Below, in pieces: positions 40,104 through 50,209 of a DNA stretch of 64,000 nucleotides (within the stretch, counting starts at the first letter, position 1; the number at the start of each line of letters is the position of its first letter). The position numbers and the translations under genes were made by a program. Source of the DNA: an uncultured Desulfospira sp. Lineage in GTDB: Bacteria; Desulfobacterota; Desulfobacteria; Desulfobacterales; Desulfobacteraceae. The notes beneath the pieces are model-generated. The model did not search any database. It saw nothing but the letters and a program-made list of their open reading frames with translations, and was not told where the DNA came from. The stretch spans positions 2,208,001 through 2,272,000 of the forward strand of contig OY760175.1 of NCBI GenBank assembly GCA_963663165.1, given 5' to 3'.

Positions 40104-40201
40104 GGCTGAAGGGATTTAGGCTGAAGGCTGTTAGGGTTGCCAATTCCGTGTCCCCCATGGCCTCGTGCTAAAATACCTTCAGTTTTCAGCCTTCAGCCTA
40201 A
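40104..40201. repeat. GGCTGAAG/CTTCAGCC inverted heptamer-array repeat (family D)
   Basis: Arms of (TA)GGCTGAAG units facing CTTCAGCC(TA) units; also at 10008-10078, 42067-42131, 44234-44386, 50086-50128. Confidence 0.75.
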
Positions 40202-40209
40202 CCCCCTAA

Positions 40210-41715
40210 TTAAAAAAACATAGCATGATTAGACGAAAAAAAAGCCGGGTTTTTCCTGAATTTTGACCCGATGGCCAGTTCCTTTTTAAATTTTTTATCC
40301 AGAAACTGTTTTACCTTTCGCCTGTCCCACCCCTTGGGATGGGTAAAGTTAAGGTAAAGGGACAGATCCCCATGGTAAAATTCCTGAGTTTTAAGATGAT
40401 CGGTTTCAGGGCTGAATTTGGGCAGGTTGAATACGGCCAGGTTCAGGTAGTCCATGCTTTCCTTGTGGGCTTTGACAAATTCCAGGGTCCGGTGGGCCGC
40501 GGCCTCATCTTCAAATTCCGTACCGAACAGCAGGTAGACAAAGGTCAGAATGCCGGCCTGGTGAAGGTTTTTCAACGTTGTTGAAGCGGTGTCGAGGTGG
40601 GTGCCTTTGTCCATCTGGTCCAGAACATCCTGGTCCCCGGATTCAAGCCCGAGTTTGAGCATGCTGCACCCGCTTTGTTTAAGCTTCCGGCAGAATTCAA
40701 GATCCAGAAAATCTTTTTCAAACCGGACAAACCCGTACCATTTAAAATCAAATTTTCGTTCCGACAGGGCGTGAAGAAAGGCCGGGGTCACGGAATTGTC
40801 AATAAAGTGGACCACGTCAGGCTCAAATGCCCTGGCCATGGTATCCACGTCCTCAAGGACCATGGCGGCCCGCCGGGCCGCATAGGGACGGATTTCGGCC
40901 CGTTCCGGACAAAATTTGCATTTGGACCAGTAACAGCCAATGGAGGCCCTGAAAGGCAGGATCTTTCCCGGTGCCAGATACGAATGGTTTTCAGCAAACC
41001 CATAATCGGGCACATAATGTTGTTTAGGGGTGTCCTTTACCCCGAGAAGTTCGAGCAGCGGCACCTCGCCTTCTCCCCGGACCATGACATCCACCAGCCC
41101 TGAAAACGGGTTGTTGAATCCGGGCCTGGCCATCCAGGAGGAAATCAGCCCCCCGCCCATGACCAGTTTGACCCCCTTAAAATTATCCTTTACCCATCCG
41201 GCCAGGGCAAAGGAGACCAGGGCCTGGTTCAGGTAACAAAGGGAAATCCCCACCCAGGCAGGATGGCACTCCTGAATCATTGGCCGGATTTTTTCCTCAA
41301 AAAACGGATAAAACGGATTTTCCTTGTACTGGTCAGCGCTTTTTAACAAATCACGGCTTGACACCGAAGACAGGCGGTTATCCGAGTAATCGCTTAAGGT
41401 AATCCTGAACCGGGCCTGGTCCACGGATATGGACAACAGCCGGTTCAAGTCGTAGACCCGCTGGTGATACCGGTCTTCATTGGTATACAGGGCGGGGTCC
41501 CTCAGGTCCCTTAAAATAACATCCCGGTGCTTAAGTGCCCTGGCAGACCAGGAATCCTGTGCCGTTGACACCGAGTTGATCAGGTACAGCTGCCCTTCAA
41601 TATTGGCGTCCATCACCCGGCAGTCAAGGCCGTGTTCCTTTAAGGCGGCGGACAGCAGCGCCACCCCGGCAGGGGGTTCACAGGGTTTGGCCACCGGTGG
41701 AAAAATTAACAGCAT
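40210..41715 (-). CDS. B12-binding-domain radical SAM protein
   Basis: PP.G.A.L.A.L N-terminus, CYWSKCKFC, GLESG. Confidence 0.88.
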   Translation of the reverse strand: MLLIFPPVAKPCEPPAGVALLSAALKEHGLDCRVMDANIEGQLYLINSVSTAQDSWSARALKHRDVILRDLRDPALYTNEDRYHQRVYDLNRLLSISVDQARFRITLSDYSDNRLSSVSSRDLLKSADQYKENPFYPFFEEKIRPMIQECHPAWVGISLCYLNQALVSFALAGWVKDNFKGVKLVMGGGLISSWMARPGFNNPFSGLVDVMVRGEGEVPLLELLGVKDTPKQHYVPDYGFAENHSYLAPGKILPFRASIGCYWSKCKFCPERAEIRPYAARRAAMVLEDVDTMARAFEPDVVHFIDNSVTPAFLHALSERKFDFKWYGFVRFEKDFLDLEFCRKLKQSGCSMLKLGLESGDQDVLDQMDKGTHLDTASTTLKNLHQAGILTFVYLLFGTEFEDEAAAHRTLEFVKAHKESMDYLNLAVFNLPKFSPETDHLKTQEFYHGDLSLYLNFTHPKGWDRRKVKQFLDKKFKKELAIGSKFRKNPAFFSSNHAMFF

Positions 41716-41823
41716 ATCATCGATTATCCTTTAAAAATCCCCTCTTTTACCACAGGTTACCATTTAATCCATGGAAATAATAAAAAAAAATCATGCCTGT
41801 TTCTTCTCACAGAAACATTTGTC

Positions 41824-41852
41824 TTGACAATTGCTTTCGGGTTGGGTAATTT
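41824..41852 (+). promoter_or_regulatory. sigma70 promoter of the trp operon
   Basis: TTGACA-17 nt-TAATTT. Confidence 0.7.
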
Positions 41853-41876
41853 GCCCAAAAAGTTTGATCCATTAAA

Positions 41877-41969
41877 ATGAATAAAAAAATGACCGATATT
41901 AACTGTCTTTTCAAATCCGTTTTACCCTTCCGGCACGTCTGGTGTTGGCCTCTGCTGCTGCGGGAATGA
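41877..41969 (+). CDS. trpL: trp operon leader peptide
   Basis: MNKKMTDINCLFKSVLPFRHVWCWPLLLRE; Trp-Cys-Trp codons just before the pairing segments; alternative ATG at 41889. Confidence 0.75.
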   Translation: MNKKMTDINCLFKSVLPFRHVWCWPLLLRE

Positions 41970-42030
41970 GTGCGTTCATCACTGCGGCAGCCGAATTCAA
42001 GGTCCTGTTGGCAGTCCATAAAAAAAATCA

Positions 42031-42060
42031 AAAAGGCTGCAACCATTGCAGCCTTTTTTT
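42031..42060 (+). terminator. trp attenuator terminator
   Basis: AAAAGGCTGCAA-CCA-TTGCAGCCTTTTTTT. Confidence 0.85.
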
Positions 42061-42153
42061 ATGAAGGCCTGAAAGAGGATCAGCTAAAGGTTACTGAATG
42101 AAAAACCTTCAGCCTAACTCCCTTCAGTCTATACCCCTTACAAGGTGATCCCC

Positions 42154-43656
42154 ATGATTTTAGAACAATTTCCAGATAAAGACCAATTCAAGAAACTTTC
42201 CCGGACCTGCAATGTCATTCCGGTCTGCACAAGGGTCCTGGCAGACACGGACACACCGGTGTCCATTCTTCAAAAAACCAGAAACCAGGCCACGGAAAGC
42301 TTTTTGCTTGAAAGTGTGGAAGGCGGTGAGCGGTGGGCACGGTACAGTTTCCTTGGCCTGTCCGCCTTTGGCACCATCAAGGTGTTTAAAGAGCAGGTTG
42401 AAGTGGCGACCCGAAACCCTCAAAGCCCGGACGGGCACGAAGAGATCAAGACCATCCCCCACCACAATGACCCCTTGAATGTGATCCGGACCCTGATCAA
42501 GGCCTATACCCCGGCCGGAATCAAGGACCTGCCCAGGTTCTGGAGCGGCATTACCGGGTATATGGCTTATGAGATGGTTTCGTTTTTTGAAAACATTCCC
42601 GTTTCCCTGCCCGATGATACCCCCTATGCCCGGTTCATCATCCCGGAGCGGATGATTATCTTTGACAACATCCAGCAGACCATGACCTTAATGAAAATTT
42701 GCTACCTTAGCCCGGATTCGGACCCGGATATGGAATTTGAAAACGCCGGTAAAAATTTAGACCGGCTGCTCAAAGAGCTTGAACAGCCCCTGCCCCCCCG
42801 GCCCCGGAAGACCGGAAACCCGGTAGAGCTGACGCCGGAGACCCAGCCGGATGTTTACATGAAAAATGTGGAAACCATCAAACACCATATAAAGGAGGGG
42901 GATATTTTCCAGGCCGTCTACTCCCAGCCCTTTTCCTGTGAAACCCAGGTGGACCCGGTACAGATATACCGGGCCCAGCGGTACATCAACCCGTCCCCCT
43001 ATATGTTTTTCATGGATTTTAAAGACATGGTCATTGCCGGCTCCTCTCCTGAGACCATGGTCCGGCTCGAAAACGGCACCGCCGTTCTAAGGCCCATTGC
43101 CGGAACAAGGCCCAGGGGAAAAACCGAACAGGAGGACAGAAAACTCGCCGACGAGCTGCTTAACGATGAAAAGGAACGGGCCGAACACGTCATGCTCATT
43201 GACCTTGGCCGGAACGACATGGGGCGGGTGGCCGAAGGGGGCACCGTCCAGGTCACGGACACCATGGTGATTGAGCGGTACTCCCATGTCATGCACCTGG
43301 TCTCCAATATTGTCTGTGATCTAAAACCCGAATATGACGCCTTTGATCTGTTCAGGGCCACCTTCCCGGCCGGGACCCTGTCAGGCGCTCCCAAAATCCG
43401 GGCCATGGAAATTATAGCCCGGATGGAAAACCGGTCCAGAAACGTGTACGGCGGGGCAGCCGGATATATTTCCTTTACAGGAAATATGGATTTTGCGATA
43501 ACCATAAGGACGGCCGTCATGGAAAAAGGCAGGCTGACCGTCCAGTCGGGCGGCGGTATCGTATACGACTCTGATCCCAGAACCGAGCTTGCGGAATGCC
43601 AAAACAAGGCCAAAAGCGTTGAAACTGCCCTGAAACTGGCTTCTTCCCATTCTTAA
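42154..43656 (+). CDS. trpE: Anthranilate synthase component I
   Basis: FLLESVEGGE..ARYS, NPSPY, GSSPE, PIAGTRPRG, AEHVMLIDLGRND, GTLSGAPK; ATG 42154 with RBS AAGGTG. Confidence 0.96.
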   Translation: MILEQFPDKDQFKKLSRTCNVIPVCTRVLADTDTPVSILQKTRNQATESFLLESVEGGERWARYSFLGLSAFGTIKVFKEQVEVATRNPQSPDGHEEIKTIPHHNDPLNVIRTLIKAYTPAGIKDLPRFWSGITGYMAYEMVSFFENIPVSLPDDTPYARFIIPERMIIFDNIQQTMTLMKICYLSPDSDPDMEFENAGKNLDRLLKELEQPLPPRPRKTGNPVELTPETQPDVYMKNVETIKHHIKEGDIFQAVYSQPFSCETQVDPVQIYRAQRYINPSPYMFFMDFKDMVIAGSSPETMVRLENGTAVLRPIAGTRPRGKTEQEDRKLADELLNDEKERAEHVMLIDLGRNDMGRVAEGGTVQVTDTMVIERYSHVMHLVSNIVCDLKPEYDAFDLFRATFPAGTLSGAPKIRAMEIIARMENRSRNVYGGAAGYISFTGNMDFAITIRTAVMEKGRLTVQSGGGIVYDSDPRTELAECQNKAKSVETALKLASSHS

Positions 43657-43667
43657 AGGAGAGACCC

Positions 43668-44237
43668 ATGAAAGTTGCCGTTATTGACAATTATGATTCA
43701 TTTACATTTAACCTGGTCCATTATATTCTCCATGCAGGGGCAGAAGTGGCGGTTTTCAGAAACGATCAGATCAGTGTACCGGATATGGAAACCCTGTCCC
43801 CGGGGGCCATTGTTATTTCCCCGGGGCCGGGACGGCCTGAAGATGCCGGCGTGTCCATGGAACTGATTCAGGCCTTTTCAGGAAAAATTCCCATCTTAGG
43901 CGTCTGCTTGGGCCACCAGGCCATTGCCCAGAGCTTTGGGGGAACCGTTGTTCATGCCAAACAGATCATGCACGGAAAAACCTCCACGGTCACGGCAGAC
44001 GGAAAATATATTTATGAAGGGCTGACCAAACCCTTCCAGGTCATGCGGTACCATTCCCTGGCCGTTCAGGAATCAGATCTTCCCGACTGCCTGACGGTGA
44101 CCGCCCGGACCGAAGATGGAGAGATCATGGGTATCCGGCACAAAGAACACCCCACCCAGGGGGTCCAGTTCCATCCGGAATCCTTCATGACCACGGTGGG
44201 GAAACGGCTCATCAGAAATTTTATTAAAGGGATTTAG
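43668..44237 (+). CDS. trpG: Anthranilate synthase component II (glutamine amidotransferase)
   Basis: IDNYDSFT, SPGPG, GVCLGHQ, RYHSL, QFHPES. Confidence 0.95.
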   Translation: MKVAVIDNYDSFTFNLVHYILHAGAEVAVFRNDQISVPDMETLSPGAIVISPGPGRPEDAGVSMELIQAFSGKIPILGVCLGHQAIAQSFGGTVVHAKQIMHGKTSTVTADGKYIYEGLTKPFQVMRYHSLAVQESDLPDCLTVTARTEDGEIMGIRHKEHPTQGVQFHPESFMTTVGKRLIRNFIKGI

Positions 44238-44405
44238 ACTGAAGGAAGTTAGGCTGAAGGGAAGATGATATACAGCAACCTTTCATATGGACTGTCTTTG
44301 GCCTTTCCCCTGCTATTCCGGTTAATGTCGCTGAAACTTTGAAAGGTTGCAACCTAACAGTCTTCAGCCTATCCACCTTCAGGCTATAATTACAAGGAGT
44401 GTAAC

Positions 44406-45425
44406 ATGACCTTTACCGAAAACTTGAACACCATCATCCGGAGAAAAGACTTAAGTGAGGAAGCCGCCTCTTCCATGCTCATGGACATCTTTTCAGGAAA
44501 GATCACCGAATCCCAGATCGGGGCCTTTATGGCGGCCCTGGCCACCAAGGGGGAAACCTTTGAGGAACTGGCCGGCGCGGCCCGGGCCATGCGGCGAAAA
44601 GCCGTCAAAATCCAGGCCCTGGCCAAAAAAGTCATTGACACCTGCGGCACGGGCGGCGATGCATCCGGTTCATTTAATATTTCCACCACCACGGCCTTTG
44701 TGGTGGCCGGTGCCGGTATTACCGTGGCCAAGCACGGGAACCGGTCCATCTCCAGCCAATGCGGCAGCGCCGATGTGCTGGAAGCATTGGGCGTCAATTT
44801 GAACCTCAATCCTGAAATCGTGGAAGAGGCGGTCAATGAAATCGGTATCGGGTTTATGTTTGCCCCCCTTTACCACGGGTCCATGAAATATGCGGGAAAG
44901 GCCAGAAAAGAATGCGGCATCCGCAGCATTTTCAACATGCTGGGCCCCTTGACCAATCCGGCGGCAGCCTCCTGCCAGCTGTTGGGGGTCTATGCCCCGG
45001 AACTGACCGAAATGTTTGCAAGGGCCTTAAAACTGCTGGGGGTGGAGCGGGCCTTTGTGGTCCACGGCCACGACGGCATGGATGAAATCACCACCACGGG
45101 CCTGACAAGGGTCACCGAACTCAATGACGGGGACATTAAATCCTATGACCTGGACCCCCTGGCCTATTTTGACGAATATGCCGACCCTGAAGATATCAAG
45201 GGCGGGGATGTCAGAACCAATGCGACCATCACCCTGGGCCTTTTGAGAGGGGAACGGGGCCCGAAACGGGACATCGTCCTGATCAACTCAGGCTGTGCCC
45301 TTGTGGCGGCCGGTGCGGCACAGGACATCGCCCAAGGCATCAACCTTGCCAAAGAGTCCATTGACTCCGGCTATGCCTTAGACAAACTCGAGCACCTGGC
45401 CCGGTTCACACGGGAGAATGGATAA
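44406..45425 (+). CDS. trpD: Anthranilate phosphoribosyltransferase
   Basis: DTCGTGGD, NIST, AKHGNRS.SS.CGSAD. Confidence 0.96.
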   Translation: MTFTENLNTIIRRKDLSEEAASSMLMDIFSGKITESQIGAFMAALATKGETFEELAGAARAMRRKAVKIQALAKKVIDTCGTGGDASGSFNISTTTAFVVAGAGITVAKHGNRSISSQCGSADVLEALGVNLNLNPEIVEEAVNEIGIGFMFAPLYHGSMKYAGKARKECGIRSIFNMLGPLTNPAAASCQLLGVYAPELTEMFARALKLLGVERAFVVHGHDGMDEITTTGLTRVTELNDGDIKSYDLDPLAYFDEYADPEDIKGGDVRTNATITLGLLRGERGPKRDIVLINSGCALVAAGAAQDIAQGINLAKESIDSGYALDKLEHLARFTRENG

Positions 45426-46221
45426 CATGGGCGTATCCGGTTTTTTAAAAACCATTCTGGAAATCAAACAAGAGGAAGTGGCCCAAAGGAAATCGGCCAT
45501 TCCCCCGGCATCCATGCGCCGGGAAGCGGAAGAGGCAAAGGTTCCGGCAGATTTTGAAAAGGCCCTGGCAGGGTCTGAGCCCCGGAACCCCGGCATTATT
45601 GCGGAAATCAAAAAAGCATCTCCCTCCAAGGGGGATATCCGAACCGACCTGGACCCTGAAGCCTATGCCAGGCAATATACCCGGGCCGGGGCCAGGGCCA
45701 TTTCCGTTCTCACTGAATCCCGGTATTTTAAAGGAAGCCTGAAGGACCTTGAAACCGTATGCCGGACCACTGATCTGCCGGTTTTAAGAAAAGATTTCAT
45801 CATTTCATCCTACCAGATATTTGAAGCCAAACGGGCCGGGGCCTCATCCGTACTTCTCATCACCACCCTGCTCTCCCGGGACCAGCAAAAAGATTTTACC
45901 GGGCTTGTCCGGGAGCTGGGTATGGAGCCTTTGGTAGAGATCACCTCGGAATACGAACTGGACCAGGCCCTGTTCTGCGGTGCAAAGGTCATGGACATCA
46001 ACAACCGGAACCTGACCACCCTTGAGGTGGACCCCACGGCCGCCAAACGGATCAGTGCTTTTCTGCCCAAAGAGATCATTCAGGTGGAGGCCTCCAGCAT
46101 TTCAGGCCGGGAGGCTATTGAGAAAGGCATCCAGGCCGGCATTTATAATTTCCTGGTAGGCGAAAGCATTGTCAGGGCAGATGATCCGGTGAAGTTCATC
46201 CGCTCCCTGAGAGGGCATTAA
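45418..46221 (+). CDS. trpC: Indole-3-glycerol phosphate synthase
   Basis: IAEIKKASPSKG, SVLTE, LRKDF, INNRNL, LVGE. Confidence 0.94.
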   Translation: MDNMGVSGFLKTILEIKQEEVAQRKSAIPPASMRREAEEAKVPADFEKALAGSEPRNPGIIAEIKKASPSKGDIRTDLDPEAYARQYTRAGARAISVLTESRYFKGSLKDLETVCRTTDLPVLRKDFIISSYQIFEAKRAGASSVLLITTLLSRDQQKDFTGLVRELGMEPLVEITSEYELDQALFCGAKVMDINNRNLTTLEVDPTAAKRISAFLPKEIIQVEASSISGREAIEKGIQAGIYNFLVGESIVRADDPVKFIRSLRGH

Positions 46222-46243
46222 AGAGGAAGAGACCCCTTAAGCC

Positions 46244-46891
46244 ATGTATCCGGATCATCCCCCTTTTATCAAGGTCTGCGGCCTGACCGAACCGAAAAAC
46301 GCCCTTGAATGTACCCACGCCGGGGCCGATGCCATCGGCCTGGTTTTTTTTGAAAAATCCCCCCGGAACGTTTCCCTGGCCCAGGCCTGCGAGATCACCC
46401 GGGTGCTTCCCCAAAATGTTATCCCCTGGGGGGTTTTTGTGGACGCCCCCTTTGAACGGATCATGGAAATCCAAAAGGCCTGCGGATTAAAGGCCGTCCA
46501 GCTCCATGGAAACGAGCCCCCGGAACTGTTAGAAAAGCTGTCCAACCGAGGCCTGATGGTCATCAAAGCCCTGTTCAAGGCAAGGCAACCCTTTCTTACC
46601 GATGCCGACATCTACCCCCATGCCACCCATTTCCTCGTGGAATACGGCAAAGGCGCCCTGCCCGGCGGCAATGCCGAAACCTGGGATTATGCCCTGTTAA
46701 CGGGCATGGCCACCCCCAAACCCGTTATCCTGGCCGGCGGCCTCACCCCTGAAAACGTCATCCGGGCCGTGGCCCTTGCCAAACCCTGGGGCCTGGACAT
46801 TTCATCGGGCGTGGAAAAAAGCCCGGGAATCAAAGATATTCATAAAGTCCAGTCCTTTATCTCTAAAGCAAGGCAAGGCACTGGGACTTAA
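46244..46891 (+). CDS. trpF: Phosphoribosylanthranilate isomerase
   Basis: KVCGLT, SPR, QLHG.E, LAGGLTPEN, D.SSGVE..PG.KD. Confidence 0.94.
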   Translation: MYPDHPPFIKVCGLTEPKNALECTHAGADAIGLVFFEKSPRNVSLAQACEITRVLPQNVIPWGVFVDAPFERIMEIQKACGLKAVQLHGNEPPELLEKLSNRGLMVIKALFKARQPFLTDADIYPHATHFLVEYGKGALPGGNAETWDYALLTGMATPKPVILAGGLTPENVIRAVALAKPWGLDISSGVEKSPGIKDIHKVQSFISKARQGTGT

Positions 46892-46940
46892 CTTTATGAC
46901 AATGGTCCGTATAGTGAATCATCGAATATCAGGGCGTCGG

Positions 46941-47002
46941 TGCATCCTTTTGCTATGTGAGAAAGCCTGAATGAGCGAAGATGAGACCGGCTGAACAGTT
47001 AC
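46941..47002. mobile_element. MITE family A, inverted partial copy 3
   Basis: Reverse complement reads GTAACTGTTCAG..CATCTTCGCTCATTCAGGCTTTCTCACATAGCAAAAG. Confidence 0.75.
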
Positions 47003-47094
47003 AAACGGCCACAGGCCGCCTTGGTTATCCAACCAAGCACCGCCCACAACAAATATTGAAAGTCTTCTCAGGACCTTAGTGAGACTTTCTTATA
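47003..47094 (-). repeat. Repeat family B, copy 5
   Basis: AAACGGCCACAGGCCGCCTTGGTTATCCAACCAAG...GAAAGTC..GACTTTC; abuts the family A end. Confidence 0.85.
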
Positions 47095-47359
47095 AAATTA
47101 TTTTCATCTTATATCGTCATCGGTTAATCCATAAACCACGCTGTCTCGTCGAAAATCACGAAATAAAACCCGCGAATACGTACATTTTTTTCTCATAATA
47201 CCCTAATAATGCAAAGAATCCGCCTAAAGTTTTGAAAAACTTAAATTTTTTGTTGCCAACACAACATGGGCTTTGATATGAATTTATTCGTACAGTATGG
47301 CATTTGAGGAAGCGATCTTGACACGAATCAGCACTTGACATGGAGGTGAAATATACTTT

Positions 47360-48778
47360 ATGGCGGGCCGGACAGAATTCTCAATTGCTCAGTTGATAGC
47401 GATCGTGAAAAGCGGTGGAAAGGTCAAAACCGGGGTAGATGTGTTCAATTCCAGCGGAACACTCCTTCTGGATAAAGATGTGCTGGTGGATAAGGTCAGG
47501 GTTCTGGAGATCATTCAGGAAAACGGAATAGAGTCGGTTGTGGTGGAGGGGGGGGGATTATGGGACGAGAACAACAACCCCATCAATGACGTTGAAGCCC
47601 CCGGGGAAAACGGCACTTGTGCCACTGAAGAAAAAGAGAAGACAGCCCCGATTCATTTGGGAACCATTCCCCAGTCAATTGAGCAGCGCCTGGTTGAAAT
47701 AGAACAGATAAAGGCCCAGGCCAGGGAAAAATACAAAAATACCAAAGGGTGTATTACCAAGGTCTTAGGCCAGATTAAGGAAACTGGCGGCGAGTTTGAT
47801 TACAATGCGGTTGAAACCCATGTGGCGGACATGGTGAACTTTCTTGGCAAGGATGAAAATCCGTTTTCTTACCTGACCCAGGAGCTGTTTTCCTATGATG
47901 ATTATCTTTACAGCCACTCCATCAATGTCATGACCATCGGCACCACCATGCTCAAGCGGTTCAACACCCATTTTTCAAATCATGTGGATCACCTGATTAA
48001 GGGAAACACCCAAAACATACACGATCCCTTCAAAAAAGATAACATGAGCGAAAAACCGTCTTTTACCTGTTACTACAAGGAAGATATTCAGGACATTTCC
48101 CTGGGGTTTTTCCTCCATGATATCGGCAAAGTCATGGTGGACGATAAGGTGCTGAACAAGGAAGGGAAGTTAACCGACCAGGAGTTTGCCGAGGTCAGGC
48201 ACCATTCATTCGAATACGGGGTAAAGCTTCTGGAAAAAAACCGGATTAAAAATGCCTATGTCCGCAACATCGTCAAGTACCATCATGCGCCCATTATTGA
48301 AGGCGAGGAGCGCTGCTACCCAACAGAAAGGCCTTTCACTGAGGTCCCGCTGTATACCAAAGTCTGCAAATTAGCCGATATTTATGATGCCATGACATCA
48401 AAACGGTGTTATAAGGACGCCGTCAATCCCATCAACGTGGTCACCAACATTTTCCGGACATATGCCAAAAAAGACGCCGTGCTTCAATTTCTGCTTCATT
48501 CTTTTGTCAAAAGCATCGGCATCTATCCGCCGGGCAGTATTGTGTACCTTAGAAACGGGCAGTTGGCCTATGTGCTTGAAAGCAAAGGCCCCATCGTTAT
48601 TCCATTTACAGACACCCATGGACAGACATTAAGGGGAGCGGTGGACCCCATTGATATCAACGCTCCGGATCTTGTGGATTCACAGCTCATCGACAACCGG
48701 AAAAGCGTTAAAAGCCCCAAGGATGTGTTTGACCTGCTGCCGGCCTTCTTAAGGAATGTTGAAAGCGCGGCCGCCTGA
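47360..48778 (+). CDS. HD-GYP domain protein (c-di-GMP phosphodiesterase-like)
   Basis: HS.NV, LHDIGK, LNK.GKLT..EF, AD.YDAMTS.R.Y, IG.YPPG; GYP loop divergent (HHAP..GEERCYP). Confidence 0.88.
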   Translation: MAGRTEFSIAQLIAIVKSGGKVKTGVDVFNSSGTLLLDKDVLVDKVRVLEIIQENGIESVVVEGGGLWDENNNPINDVEAPGENGTCATEEKEKTAPIHLGTIPQSIEQRLVEIEQIKAQAREKYKNTKGCITKVLGQIKETGGEFDYNAVETHVADMVNFLGKDENPFSYLTQELFSYDDYLYSHSINVMTIGTTMLKRFNTHFSNHVDHLIKGNTQNIHDPFKKDNMSEKPSFTCYYKEDIQDISLGFFLHDIGKVMVDDKVLNKEGKLTDQEFAEVRHHSFEYGVKLLEKNRIKNAYVRNIVKYHHAPIIEGEERCYPTERPFTEVPLYTKVCKLADIYDAMTSKRCYKDAVNPINVVTNIFRTYAKKDAVLQFLLHSFVKSIGIYPPGSIVYLRNGQLAYVLESKGPIVIPFTDTHGQTLRGAVDPIDINAPDLVDSQLIDNRKSVKSPKDVFDLLPAFLRNVESAAA

Positions 48779-49008
48779 TCTTCGGACCTTGTTTTGATGG
48801 TCACCACTGCCCATAGAATGCCGGGGCATTGGGCAGGCCATCCTCATCCCTAACACCGCCGCAATCATTTCATTACAGGCTGCCGCCCCTCTGATCGGGG
48901 CCTGATTCCCATGGTCCCTGTCTTGCGGGCCGGACCAAAATGTATGAACCCGACAGGAATGGTTGTTCGTTGGTGCCAACACGCCGGTGGCCCAAGCCGC
49001 CAAGTTCG

Positions 49009-49124
49009 GTAGGGTGGGCACGCTTTTTGTGCCCACCGGTTGCCGTTAGTCCGTTTTATTTGTCTTTTAGAAACAAAATGTTATACGGAAAATGGTGGGC
49101 AACGCTGCGCTTTTGCCCACCCTA
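49009..49124. repeat. REP doublet (REPIN-like)
   Basis: GTAGGGTGGGCA..TGCCCACC and GGTGGGCA..TGCCCACCCTAC in inverted orientation. Confidence 0.75.
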
Positions 49125-49138
49125 CCGAACTGATCAAA

Positions 49139-50008
49139 TCAGGCAACCTGCCAGAGCATGATGCCCTGGCAGACCGTATGGTCCTGGTGAAACAAACCGT
49201 CAACCGAATGCTGTGTTACATAGGCCGTCACCTTTTCCCGGATTTGGGGGGTCGCCTCTTCATCTCCCCCCACAAAAAAAAGGATGTTGTCAACCGCCTC
49301 TTCAACAGGTTCTTTGCGGGTGATGGCCCAGGTTTCAAAACGAATCCGGGGGCGGTAGCCCAAAGCGTATACATAGCAAAAGGGGTAAATGAAATCCCAT
49401 GACTGGGATTCCAGTTCCCGGCCGGTGATTTTTTGCCACAGGGCATTGTAACTGCCCCGCATGCCGCCGCCGGAAAAGGTACTCAGGTAGCAAAATTTCC
49501 GGCTGGCTTTCATGGCCTTATCCAGGGTTTTCGGGTCATTGACCCCGGGGCTCATGGAGGCAAACACCAGGTCAAACTGGCCGGCAAGGCCCTCTTTTTG
49601 TACATCCACCTCCTGCCAGGCCCTGGGATCAATGCAAATCCGGTCGGGGCCGATCCCTTTTTGAGCCATCTTTTCCTTAAGGATATTGACCATTCCCCCG
49701 GAGGGTTCCACCGCCGTTACCGTGGCCCCGGCCTCTTCCGCCATGGGAATGGCCCAGGAGCCGGGACCGGCCCCGATATCCAGGACCCGGGTGCCGGCCC
49801 CAAGGGCCCCGGCCTCTTTGAGCATGGAAAAAATACGCTCTTTTCGCTGTACCGATTCGGGTGAATCCACTCGTTTGGCAAACCCTTTGGCGCGCCGGTC
49901 CCAGTTTTTAATAGGATCCCGGCCCGGTCTTTTTTCCGGGGCTTTTTCAAGGGCGCTGTGCCACAAATCTTTCCAGAACTCCTGGTTTTTTAGCGCAAAT
50001 AACTCCAA
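49139..50008 (-). CDS. Class I SAM-dependent methyltransferase
   Basis: WDRRA..F, VLDIGAGPG, VEPS..M, FDLVFAS; RBS AGGAGG, TTG start. Confidence 0.88.
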   Translation of the reverse strand: MELFALKNQEFWKDLWHSALEKAPEKRPGRDPIKNWDRRAKGFAKRVDSPESVQRKERIFSMLKEAGALGAGTRVLDIGAGPGSWAIPMAEEAGATVTAVEPSGGMVNILKEKMAQKGIGPDRICIDPRAWQEVDVQKEGLAGQFDLVFASMSPGVNDPKTLDKAMKASRKFCYLSTFSGGGMRGSYNALWQKITGRELESQSWDFIYPFCYVYALGYRPRIRFETWAITRKEPVEEAVDNILFFVGGDEEATPQIREKVTAYVTQHSVDGLFHQDHTVCQGIMLWQVA

Positions 50009-50209
50009 CTTGCCTCCTTTACCAATATCAACTGTTCAGTCCACAGGGTAGCCGCATTTGAAATAGTACACTATAATATAGGGAATTAGGCTGAAGGAGT
50101 TTAGGGGTTGTGGGCCCCTTCAGCCTAATTACCTTATTTCTAAATGGCCGTTCAGGCCCATGCTGATTAAAACCGTATTATCATGCCGGGCCAAAGCCCG
50201 CAATTTTTT

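Noticed and set aside
48749..49036. Possible FmdE-like pseudogene remnant (HG..AP...VLGMRMA)
   Set aside because: Similarity is a few residues only, and the ORF starts inside a REP element.
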